From contig JAGCRI010000130.1 of NCBI GenBank assembly GCA_017964755.1, positions 1 to 63,720 on the forward strand: a stretch of DNA of 63,720 bases, written 5' to 3'. Within the stretch, counting starts at the first letter, position 1, and every line of letters starts with the position of its first letter. The DNA comes from Bacteroidales bacterium (GTDB lineage Bacteria; Bacteroidota; Bacteroidia; Bacteroidales; WCHB1-69). Shown one piece after another: positions 7,296 through 16,600 of this stretch. Under the pieces are notes generated by a model. It searched no databases, had not been told where the DNA came from, and worked only from the letters and a program-made list of their open reading frames with translations. The position numbers were made by a program, and so were the translations under genes.

Positions 7296-7751
7296 CTAAG
7301 CAATACGCGAAACTGTGAGATTCGCGTTTTGGACATTGATTGCCGTGGGTGCGTCTGCTGCCGTGGCTCCGAAAGAAACATTTTCAACAGAAACATTTTC
7401 GCAGCAACCTCTCGGAACAGTGATAATTGCCGTTGATGTAGTGTTGAAGTATTCATCAACTGCTGCTGGCGTGACGATTGCACGACTTGTCTGAATCGGC
7501 TCACCGTCAAGCGCCAAAGCAATAGCAATAGGTCCGACCGTTCCATCTTCCGGGACTGCAATGTTGCCGTTGAATGTTATCTGATAACGAGCAAAACAGC
7601 CACAAGGGTTATTCACGATGCCGCGAAGAGTAAGGATTCCAGCTCCGTCCCTGTGATAAACATATCCTTTATTACAAGGGATCGAGCTGTTAAGCAATAC
7701 ATTTTGATTCGGCTGAACAAGCTGAATCGGGTTGTATACATACTCTGCCAT
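7296..7751 (-). CDS. Hypothetical protein, possibly a C1q/TNF-like jelly-roll (pattern resembles the BclA C-terminal domain)
   Basis: Start MAEYVY follows AAGGACGGTG. Beta-rich sequence with paired cysteines (PCGC, GCC) and a tail ..LTVSRIA. The fold call is from pattern only. Confidence 0.35.
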   Translation of the reverse strand: MAEYVYNPIQLVQPNQNVLLNSSIPCNKGYVYHRDGAGILTLRGIVNNPCGCFARYQITFNGNIAVPEDGTVGPIAIALALDGEPIQTSRAIVTPAAVDEYFNTTSTAIITVPRGCCENVSVENVSFGATAADAPTAINVQNANLTVSRIA

Positions 7752-7765
7752 ATTTAGCACCGTCC

Positions 7766-8644
7766 TTAATTCATGCCGCAACCACAGCCACAACCGTTGT
7801 TATTGTTGCAGGTGAAGATAGGGGTTCTGCCATAGACCGGAGTTGTCGGGACCGGGCAATTGGAAAGTCTATTATACAGAGCATCCACTTCCGCTTCCTG
7901 ACCTTGACGGAGGACAGCAGTCTGAACATCCTGCGAAGCCTGACCCCGGGTGTAGAGCAGTTCCTGACGAAGCTGAGCGATGATGTCATTCTTTTCATCA
8001 ATTTTATCATTGCAAAGCTGGTCGAGGATGCGCTGCGTGTTCGCCGTCTGATTCGCAATAATATCGCGCAGACCGTCCGAAATAGCTGCTCTATCAGCGC
8101 AGTTTTCTGTCGCGATAGTGTACTTGAGATCCGCTGAAGCAAGACGATTATCGCAGCAGCACTGAGCAAGCTGAGACTGAACATTATTAAAGCCCTGAGA
8201 AGTTGCCGTCTGAGCAGCAAAAGCCTGCTGCATGTTGGCAATCTGACGAGCATTCGCGCCCTGTTCAACGCCGGCAAAGCCGTTGCAAAGAGCCATCTGA
8301 ACATCGCCAAAGCCGCCACAAATCTGGGTAGACAGGTTGCCGATACCGTCTCTGATAGATGTGATGTTGTTATTCAGCATCTGATCTCTGAATCCATCAT
8401 TTGTGTTGTTGTTAATGTTGTTCTGACCGGTTAAAAGCCACGGGAAGTCGTAGCCAAGCATCATGTTACCATAACCGCCAAAGCCACCACCAAAACCGCC
8501 GCCCCAGCCGCCACCGAGACAAAGAAGGAGGACAATAATCCACCAACCGCTATCCCAGCCGCCGCCGAAACCGCCATTACCACCGCCCGCATAGGCGGGA
8601 GCAACAGGCATATACATGCCGCTGCCGTTTTCAACTAAAGACAT
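7766..8644 (-). CDS. Membrane-anchored Gly/Trp-rich, Cys-rich protein of unknown function
   Basis: RBS AAAGGAGA. N-terminus GGGNGGFGGGWDSGWWIIVLLLCLGGGWGGGFGGGFGGYG, 15+ cysteines including CCC, and the tail CNNNNGCGCGCGMN. Confidence 0.55.
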   Translation of the reverse strand: MSLVENGSGMYMPVAPAYAGGGNGGFGGGWDSGWWIIVLLLCLGGGWGGGFGGGFGGYGNMMLGYDFPWLLTGQNNINNNTNDGFRDQMLNNNITSIRDGIGNLSTQICGGFGDVQMALCNGFAGVEQGANARQIANMQQAFAAQTATSQGFNNVQSQLAQCCCDNRLASADLKYTIATENCADRAAISDGLRDIIANQTANTQRILDQLCNDKIDEKNDIIAQLRQELLYTRGQASQDVQTAVLRQGQEAEVDALYNRLSNCPVPTTPVYGRTPIFTCNNNNGCGCGCGMN

Positions 8645-8708
8645 AGTTTTGTTCTCCTTTATAAATATATTTATATCGTCAACCTATGCGCACTTGGTTG
8701 TTGATACC

Positions 8709-8927
8709 TTATTTGTTGCCATTCATCATGTTTTGAATCTGTGTAGCTTGTTGTGCATATTGATTGAACTGTTCCTGTGAGATTCTTCCGCTGTTTAAAA
8801 GTTTCTGCACTTCTTCTTGAGGATTGCCGTGGAAATTGGATTTGAACTGATTGAACATCTGCATAAAATTCTGTAAACCGTTCGGCATAGTGTTTCCACC
8901 TAAAGCATTAAAAATAGAATTAGCCAT
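8709..8927 (-). CDS. Small Q/N-rich hypothetical protein
   Basis: 72-aa ORF with RBS AAGGAGGA. Confidence 0.5.
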   Translation of the reverse strand: MANSIFNALGGNTMPNGLQNFMQMFNQFKSNFHGNPQEEVQKLLNSGRISQEQFNQYAQQATQIQNMMNGNK

Positions 8928-8929
8928 TA

Positions 8930-9292
8930 TTATTTTTCCTCCTTAGAAAATAACTCTTTGAGTTTTTCTTCAAGTTCTTTCTTTGTCACGAATTCAGAAG
9001 TGTCAATTTTAACTTCTTCCGATTTGCCTGTTTGTTCTGTATAATCAAATACACGCAAAGGCATTGGCATACCGCTCGGATCGCTTGACTTGATGTAGAA
9101 TTTATTGGATTCGCTATCCATCAACAATACATTTTTCCCGGGAGCGACTGCCCACGATTTTGCGCCAGCTTCTCCTTGTACCCACAAAATCCCACTTTCC
9201 TGCGGTTGTGTAAATTGCAGTTGCGGAACAGGTTGCTGCATTTGATTTTGATAATACCCATAATTCATAGGAAATCCATTATTATACGCCAT
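8930..9292 (-). CDS. Hypothetical protein (Q-rich N-terminus, beta-rich core)
   Basis: 120-aa ORF with RBS AAAGGAGAG. Confidence 0.5.
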   Translation of the reverse strand: MAYNNGFPMNYGYYQNQMQQPVPQLQFTQPQESGILWVQGEAGAKSWAVAPGKNVLLMDSESNKFYIKSSDPSGMPMPLRVFDYTEQTGKSEEVKIDTSEFVTKKELEEKLKELFSKEEK

Positions 9293-9295
9293 TGT

Positions 9296-9676
9296 TTATC
9301 TCTCCTTTTTCCAATAATAAATAGGAACTTCGTTTCCGCTGTCCCACGTGTCAAAATAATCTCCGTCTTGAACTGCTATGACATGAGTTCCAAGTGCTAA
9401 CAGATATTCTCCTATCGGATTATCTGTACAAAAGTCTTTCACGGTATAGCAGTCTGGACAAGTGTTTGGAATGATATAACGGTTAAAGCCTTTTGAATGT
9501 AGATAATTGCTCCACACCGCATTTGAGGACGGCATATCTTTCATTGCGAAAGCACAAACGGTTATATCACAAAATGTCGTGTCCCAATCTTGATCTGTCA
9601 CCTTTGAGACTGCGCGTATCACGCAATCGCCCACAAGATTTCTGTCTGGATTCGGATTGAAGAATCGAAACGCCAT
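9296..9676 (-). CDS. Hypothetical protein, possible papain-like Cys-His peptidase fold
   Basis: Start MAFRFFNPNP lies 6 nt after GAGGTG. Motifs GDCVIRAVS ... GTHVIAVQDGDYFDTWDSG. The fold call is tentative. Confidence 0.4.
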   Translation of the reverse strand: MAFRFFNPNPDRNLVGDCVIRAVSKVTDQDWDTTFCDITVCAFAMKDMPSSNAVWSNYLHSKGFNRYIIPNTCPDCYTVKDFCTDNPIGEYLLALGTHVIAVQDGDYFDTWDSGNEVPIYYWKKER

Positions 9677-9811
9677 AAGCATCACCTCGCAATAGATCAA
9701 AAAAAGCAATGACCGCAGAACATTTTTCTGTCTCAAGCATCTGGTTGAGATCATAACTAATGTCCTTCATGTCATCGCCTTCCTTGTTTTTCTCTATACT
9801 TATATTATATA

Positions 9812-9842
9812 GAAAAAAGGGACTCCAAAACTTTGGAATCCC
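9812..9842 (-). terminator. Rho-independent terminator after the sigma-like regulator gene
   Basis: Minus-strand hairpin GGGAUUCCAAA-GUUU-UGGAGUCCC followed by UUUUUUC. Confidence 0.7.
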
Positions 9843-9873
9843 TTTAAGAAAACTTTTGATTAACTTATAGTAG

Positions 9874-10083
9874 TCAAATCACACGCATGATTTTAGATTT
9901 TACTTTTCTTGCTAATGTATCAACTTTGCTAAGTGATACATTTAACTCCATAGATATTTGTACATTTGATTTGTCTTTTGCTCTCATTTCAAAATATACT
10001 CGTTCATCGTCTGTAAAATTGCATAATTCTCTAAACACATCCAATTCTGGTTTCGTAAAATCACAATATTTTATCTGCTTCAT
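9874..10083 (-). CDS. Small sigma-70 region-4-like / LuxR-type HTH transcription regulator
   Basis: FTDDERVYFEMRAKDKSNVQISMELNVSLSKVDTLARKVKSKI fits the region 4.2 HTH pattern. RBS GGAGGA. Confidence 0.5.
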   Translation of the reverse strand: MKQIKYCDFTKPELDVFRELCNFTDDERVYFEMRAKDKSNVQISMELNVSLSKVDTLARKVKSKIMRVI

Positions 10084-10104
10084 TTAATTTCCTCCGAATG
10101 ACCA

Positions 10105-10203
10105 TTATTCAATCATTTTAATTGATTTTTTAATTTTTTCAACCACAAGCCACATCGGTAAAAACACGTTGAAAATAAATGCGTTTAAGAGTGTGTATAT
10201 CAT
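10105..10203 (-). CDS. 32-aa hydrophobic peptide (hand-called)
   Basis: MIYTLLNAFIFNVFLPMWLVVEKIKKSIKMIE, with RBS AAGGAG upstream. Confidence 0.3.
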   Translation of the reverse strand: MIYTLLNAFIFNVFLPMWLVVEKIKKSIKMIE

Positions 10204-10207
10204 AGCT

Positions 10208-10327
10208 TCACTCCTTATTAAATATCTCTGCTTGCCAGTCTTTCCATTCTTGAAGGAATCGCTGAATCTCAATGATTGCTTTTCTAACTTGCTTCAATAC
10301 ATATCGTTTTAACATTTCGCTCACCAT
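10208..10327 (-). CDS. 39-aa hypothetical peptide (hand-called)
   Basis: TAATG overlap with the stop of 10327..13233. Translation: MVSEMLKRYVLKQVRKAIIEIQRFLQEWKDWQAEIFNKE. Confidence 0.3.
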   Translation of the reverse strand: MVSEMLKRYVLKQVRKAIIEIQRFLQEWKDWQAEIFNKE

Positions 10328-13233
10328 TACCCAAACGCAACCCAGTCTATATAAAAACTACCTGAATATGTTGGTTCGTTTTTGGTCTTGTAGCTAAATC
10401 CGGTTGTCGATACCGAATATGGAACAACGCTTGTGTCTGCGAGAACAGTCGCTTCAGATGACGGATATGTGCCATCTGCTCTTAACTGCAAAAATACGAG
10501 CGGTGCTGAAGTGAAATTAGTGTTGAACGTCTCGCTCCCTGTTCGTGATGAACCGTTCGGGTTTTGAACCTCAATTGATCCTTTGTCAGACGGGCCGCCA
10601 CCACCGCCGATGTTTGAGTTACCATTTACAGTCAAATCTCCGTGGATAATCGCGTTTCCACCAATTTCTGCATTTATTCCATATCCGCTATACTCATCGT
10701 CTGTATTCGCTACAAGCACAGCGTTTGGGTATATTGTAACAAATTCGTCTTCGCCTGCATCTTGGATAGTGAATTTACTTTGATTCTCTGCCGCATAAAC
10801 AACTTTTCTTGCGTACAGGATAAGGAGAACAGATAATTGTTCGCCAAATTCAAGCTGAGAATAATTCTTTGAAAACTTCTCTTGTGCGACGGCATTTTTT
10901 TCTTGATCTGTGAACGATAAACTTAAATTGGGAGAATTGATTGTAATATCCCCGTCTACCTCGACACTATTTGCCATTAGTGCGTTGATAAACGCTTCGT
11001 CTATCTGTGCTGTTCCGACACTTATTTTGTCAGATGTAATGGAGCCTGTATAAATCTTTGCGCCGTTGATATAGGTTGTGTTGTTGCTATAGCACCAAGA
11101 TCCGATTGCAGAGTTTGCCTCGTTTGCGTCAAGAATCGCCTTGTTCAGACCTCTTGACAAAACAGCGGTCGTGTGAGAAGTGCTGGACGGATTTGTCCAT
11201 GTGATTTCGTCGCGTTCCCAATAATACTTTCCAGATACATATGTCGCCGGAGTGTTAGACCAACCGCTGTCACTTTCGGAAGGTGCTGTGCTATTGGATG
11301 ACGAAAGGTTATACTGATGAACAATAGACGCAACGCTTCTTCCGTCTGAACCATTAGTCCCCGGACTTCCGTCTTGACCGTCTCGACCGTCTTGACCGTC
11401 CTGCCCCGGGTCTCCCTTCTCGCCCCATACAGACCACAACGAAACCTCTGTGGAAATCGGGGAATAATCAGGTCCAAGGATGATCTGAAGTCGCCACAGA
11501 TACTTGTTCGTGTCGCTGAACCCGGAGTTCGCAATCGTGGTCCATCCGGATGAAGTGCTTGCCGGTGCCGAATTTGTACTTGTCGCCTTATACGAATACG
11601 AATAAACAAGGTCGGAAATTGCATCTGCGACAGCATCTCCTGCCGCTCCAATTAGAACTGTAGAATCAATCTGTAAACCGTTTGTTGGATCATAGTGTAG
11701 ATCACTACCGAAATCAATTTCTTTGTTATCCAAGTCGATTGACACGTCTCCATCCGAACTTTGCAGTGTTCCAGTTGTTACTATATCCGCAGAGATTTTA
11801 TACGCATTTAAAATTTTAATAAGTGAACTTCCATCTGCTCCGATTCCACTTGACCACGTTGTTGAACCTTCACTTGCTGCGTCCGCTGTTCCTTTCCACT
11901 CATTAGTCCAAGCAAATCCAGTGCTTTTCATGACGAACACAAATTTTGAATTGGTAATATTTCCGTTTGAATCTGGAGCATAGTAATATACAAGAGTTGA
12001 ACCGGTTGAAATATCAGTTCTTTTAATCGTTTTTAATCCTGCACCATTTATAAACGTGTTGCTAAACTCTTCAACCTTTGCCGTGTATTCGGCAGATGGT
12101 TCATAATTATCTAATTGATTCTGTAAATCTGCTGCTGCTTCGCTAATCTTATTGTCTAAATATGTAAACGAAGGATCATAATCTTCTTCCACTTCCTCTT
12201 GTATAGGAGAACCCCTTGATATAATTTGTTGCTCTATTAACAGCGGTCCTGATAAAACTATCTCTGACACATACGAATCTCCACGCGAAGTTGTTATTTT
12301 ATCTCCAATATTTATAGACATATCAGAAATAATCATTGATACTTCGCAAGGTATGTATTCTACAAAGTCGGCCTTTGCTGAAAAATCATCTAAAACTGCT
12401 GTTCTTAAAGACGTTGCACTTTCACCATACAAATCCAAACGAATTGGATTATAAGGTAAATCATATCGAAGATCAGAATCATTATTAGTTAGTTCTTTCT
12501 GCTGCAAAATTTCATTGTCTATATTAGCGATCCCAATCCATTGCATTGGTTGAATTGTGTATTCTTCAAATACACTTTCATTTACATCATATTTACCAGT
12601 TAAATCAATATCACTTGACATGCTCGGAGAATACACGGCTACATCACCGGTCGGTGTGATGTATGGAATTAAAGCAAGAGGTTCAAGTAAAAACTTTACA
12701 ATATCTTTAAATGAAACTTTTTCAAATGCAACAACAGATGTTTTATATAATGTTCCGCTAAAATATGTTGCGTTTACGGTTGTAGAATCATAAGTAAGAT
12801 TAAAGTGTGCTAATAAGGATTTAAAAGCGGTTAAAACTGAGATTTCTGTTGTATTGCCTGTGAATAGACCGTTAAACCAATCTGAAACATTTTTCTTTGC
12901 CAAAAAATAGAACATATCATAAGCAATAATATCTCTATAATAACCTGCATTATCCAATTTAGAAGATTCAATCTGACCGGTGTATAAATCCACTGTTGAT
13001 TCACTTGATTCGCCTTCATTTTCTACTTGATAGACTTTGATTTTCTGACCAGCAACGTTTGAAATATTATATAATTGAACTTCACATCTCGATGACGCAA
13101 ACTGCCCAAAAAGCATATCAGAAGCAAATAAAACTCTATCTATAATCATTGAACCTTCTGCAATTCCACTTTGTATCGGTGTATTATCTCCAATTTTGAT
13201 ATATGTTTTTTTATTTACAATAATATCAGCCAT
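10327..13233 (-). CDS. Tail-tip / Tal-like minor structural protein with a collagen-like segment
   Basis: 968 aa, positioned after the tape measure and Dit-like genes. The G-X-Y run GEKGDPGQDGQDGRDGQDGSPGTNGSDG is encoded at about 11345-11425. Confidence 0.55.
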   Translation of the reverse strand: MADIIVNKKTYIKIGDNTPIQSGIAEGSMIIDRVLFASDMLFGQFASSRCEVQLYNISNVAGQKIKVYQVENEGESSESTVDLYTGQIESSKLDNAGYYRDIIAYDMFYFLAKKNVSDWFNGLFTGNTTEISVLTAFKSLLAHFNLTYDSTTVNATYFSGTLYKTSVVAFEKVSFKDIVKFLLEPLALIPYITPTGDVAVYSPSMSSDIDLTGKYDVNESVFEEYTIQPMQWIGIANIDNEILQQKELTNNDSDLRYDLPYNPIRLDLYGESATSLRTAVLDDFSAKADFVEYIPCEVSMIISDMSINIGDKITTSRGDSYVSEIVLSGPLLIEQQIISRGSPIQEEVEEDYDPSFTYLDNKISEAAADLQNQLDNYEPSAEYTAKVEEFSNTFINGAGLKTIKRTDISTGSTLVYYYAPDSNGNITNSKFVFVMKSTGFAWTNEWKGTADAASEGSTTWSSGIGADGSSLIKILNAYKISADIVTTGTLQSSDGDVSIDLDNKEIDFGSDLHYDPTNGLQIDSTVLIGAAGDAVADAISDLVYSYSYKATSTNSAPASTSSGWTTIANSGFSDTNKYLWRLQIILGPDYSPISTEVSLWSVWGEKGDPGQDGQDGRDGQDGSPGTNGSDGRSVASIVHQYNLSSSNSTAPSESDSGWSNTPATYVSGKYYWERDEITWTNPSSTSHTTAVLSRGLNKAILDANEANSAIGSWCYSNNTTYINGAKIYTGSITSDKISVGTAQIDEAFINALMANSVEVDGDITINSPNLSLSFTDQEKNAVAQEKFSKNYSQLEFGEQLSVLLILYARKVVYAAENQSKFTIQDAGEDEFVTIYPNAVLVANTDDEYSGYGINAEIGGNAIIHGDLTVNGNSNIGGGGGPSDKGSIEVQNPNGSSRTGSETFNTNFTSAPLVFLQLRADGTYPSSEATVLADTSVVPYSVSTTGFSYKTKNEPTYSGSFYIDWVAFG

Positions 13234-13244
13234 ATAATACCGCC

Positions 13245-13667
13245 TTAATATTCAACGAATTCAAGCTTTAATGATGAATAGATAATATCATTATCACTTA
13301 TTTTTTTAATTTTAAACGCCATATTAGGCCGATAGAAGTCTCCCGTGTCATAACTACCGGTTTCATCATTCCAAAAAGTTAAATTGATTTTGCGCTGCGT
13401 GTGATCAGATTCGTTGGTGTAAAAATAATTGATTAATGCGGTTTTATCTGCGAGATGAAGATTTTCGCGTGTTTCAAAACTAAATACAGATTTTTTCCCT
13501 GCCGCTGTTATTCTCGTTAAATCTCTCGTGTTTTCGTCTCTGTATGCTTTTATTTCTTCTCGCTGATCCGGTGTACATTCCCAACTTTCTTCATTTATGT
13601 ACTTGTTCAAAAACGTGTTTGCTTGATTAGAATTGGTTGCCTTTAATAAATAACCTTGAAAAGCCAT
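13245..13667 (-). CDS. Distal tail protein (Dit)-like, short form
   Basis: 140-aa ORF immediately downstream of the tape measure gene. The call is mainly positional. Confidence 0.4.
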   Translation of the reverse strand: MAFQGYLLKATNSNQANTFLNKYINEESWECTPDQREEIKAYRDENTRDLTRITAAGKKSVFSFETRENLHLADKTALINYFYTNESDHTQRKINLTFWNDETGSYDTGDFYRPNMAFKIKKISDNDIIYSSLKLEFVEY

Positions 13668-13682
13668 TTCAGTTTCCTCCTT

Positions 13683-16600
13683 TTATGCGTATGCTTTTCC
13701 AGTCTGTTTATATCGCTTGTCGGATTCGCTCCAAACAACTTTTGCAATTTGTTTTCCATCAAGCTGTAAAATAATTGGAGCATTCGTACCAGACATACGA
13801 TTTAAAACATTTTGAAGTGCTTGCTCGATTGTAGACAACGGAGCTTCCACATTTGTTCCGGACCGCTGATCTCCAAGCATCGCTAAAAACTGCCTATTTG
13901 GCGGAATAACGCTTCCTTTAGCAAGATGTGGAATTTTAACCTGCCCAAGTTGTTGATTTCTGATTGCGGTTGTTTGAACTCTTGTTAATGCGTTTTGACG
14001 ACGAAGTAAAATGCTTTGTTCTCTATTCGCCGAATAAACCGCTCTCGCAATACCTGCGATAATCTGTCTATTGTTAACGACTGCTGTTTTACTTCCAATA
14101 GTACCAATTAACTCTGGGCCAGCTTCTCTTGCAAGTATCAATTGACCCGTGTTGAAAAGTCCGCCACTTGCCGCAACTGCGGCCGTATAGTTTGTTTTTA
14201 CCTGTCCGGATGAATACGTTGCAACGGTTGCAAGCTGTTGCTGGGCGGGTTTTGTAAAGTTAATTTTATCAACTTCCATTTCCCCTTGAACTTTTAAAGA
14301 TTTTGTTGCCCATTTGTCTTTAATTGCTTGCCACCAGTCTTTTATATCCTGCTTTGTAGTTGTTTGTTTTGCTCCTACCCCAAGTCTTTTTTTGTCGCCC
14401 CACCATTTTTGGACTTTATCAGTCCACCAAGCTGAAACTCCTTTTTGCGTTGCGCCAAATGCCGCTCCAACATTAAACTTTCTATTGTCTTTGGATTCGC
14501 CGCCGTTACCGCCATTAAACCAGTCTTTAGTTTTTGTCCACCAACCAGATACAGTGCTCTTTGCGGCTTCAAAAGTACCACCGATTGAAAAACTTCTATC
14601 TGTGTTTTCATCTCCACCATTGAACCACTTTTTGGTTTTTGACCACCAACCAGAGACGGTTTCTTTAGCTGTATCGTAGCTTGCTTTCAAAGAAACGGTT
14701 TTGTCTTTTATTGCATCCCAACCTTTTTGTACTTCGCTGAAAGCGTTGTCTTTTGTCTGCTCTACTTTCGTTGTCAGGGTTGCAACCTTATCTTTGATTG
14801 CGTCCCAACCACTCTTAACTTTGTCGAATGTTCCTGTTGTGGCTTCTTTGATTCCGGTTGTAATCGTGGCTGTTTTATCCTTAATTACGTCCCAGCCGCT
14901 CTTTATTTTATCAAAAATGCCTGTTGCAGTTTCTTTTACATTGGTTGTAAGAGTTGCCGTTCTATCTTTAATAGACTCCCAGCCGCTTTTTATTTTGTCG
15001 AATGCTCCAGATGCAGTTTCTTTGATTCCAGTAGTAAGCGTAGCTGTTTTATCTTTGATAATCTCCCAGCCGCTTTTAACTTTGTCGAATATAGCAGAGG
15101 CCCCTTCTTTAGCATAAGCAGTCAGTGTAGCTGTTTTATCCTTTACAAACTCCCAGCCAGATTTCAGCTTTTCAATACCAACTCCTATACCGTTTTTAAC
15201 ACCGTCGATCACGTTTGCTACAAGCTGAACGGTTTTATCTTTTATGGAATCCCAAGCATTTTTAATCGTTTGAATTGCTCCAGCTGTCTTTTCCTTCGCT
15301 TCTGCTAAAAGTGTAGCTGTTTTGTCTTTAACAATTTCCCAACCGTCTTTCAGCTTTTGAATCGCGCCGGTAACTTTTTCTTTTGCCTCCGCTGTGAGCG
15401 TTGATACCTTGTCCTTAATTCCGTTCCAAGCTTCTCTCGCTCTGTCGAATGTTTCGTCGATTTTACCCTTGATAGTGGCTGTAATATTGCCGATTCCGTC
15501 CTTGAATCCATTCCAAGCGTCTATTAAATCCTGCTTTTTATCGCTAAACCAAGATTTGATTCCGTTAAGCAAATCTGTAAATTTACCTTTTACAGCTTCC
15601 CAAAGGTTACCGAGGCCTTGCTTGAGGCCGTCAAGCAAATAACCGCCCATTTCAGCCATGACGGTTGACGGTGAGTGAATACCGAAAGCGTCTTTGAAAC
15701 CTTGAATAAACGGGTCGAAAATGTTCTCCTTAATCCACTTTCCGATATTCTTGATTCCGTTCCAGATGCCTTGGAAAATACCTTCCCAAATGGAAATACC
15801 AGCTTCATCCCACTCTGATTTTTTATCTTCAAACCAATCTTTAATTTTTCCTATTAAGTTAATTACAAAATTTCCAATATCTACACCGACATTAAATGGG
15901 GCCGTGAGCAGTTTTGAAACAAGCGCACCAAGAAGTTCAGATAATTTAGAAACTAATCCACTCCAATTTATACTTCCAACGAAGCCGAGAATTGAACCGA
16001 CAAGGGTGCTTAAAAAATCTGCAAAGTCAAATTCCTTTACAAGACCAATAACTATATCAAGAGCTGAAGTCAGTGCGGTTGAAAGCAAACTTCCTGCTGA
16101 TTTGAAAATAGCTTTCCAATCAATCCCAAGAATTAAATCAACAACATCTTTACCAAGTTTTTGAAAATCCACCCCATCAAGAAATGATGTTACAGTATTT
16201 AAAGCACCCGCAATTCCTTTACCAATTGTTTCACCAACATTTGACCAATCAACATTTAAGAATCCATTAACAATTTCTGAAAGATCATATCCAATATCAG
16301 ACCAGCGCGTTTCATCAAATAGTGATTCTATTGACTGAATAATACCATCAATGCTTAATGTAATATTTTCACGGATGGTTTTCCAATTAATTCCGCTGAA
16401 CCAACTGTTAATAACCTGAGCTATCTTCGTTCCAGCAGTAGACCATGTGCCATTTTCCTTAAATTGTTGTAAAAAGCCGTTCAACGATTGATTTATAGAT
16501 TCAATAGGGGCAGCTAAAGCTGTTCCAATTTTTTCCCCGTCAATTCCACTTATCAAGGTATCAAATCCGGTTGCAAGCGTTGAACCCATTTCCGTCCAAT

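Noticed and set aside
7217-8319. Alternative-frame minus-strand ORFs (7217..7561, 7771..8319, 6785..7000; also 11145..11651, 33852..34136, 36093..36371)
   Set aside because: They are fully embedded in better ORFs that have RBSs. The translations are Arg/Ser/Leu-rich frame artefacts of GC-rich coding sequence.
10327-13233. A diversity-generating retroelement targeting the tail or fibre genes
   Set aside because: No reverse transcriptase ORF is present anywhere in the genome, and no template/variable repeat pair was seen near either fibre gene.
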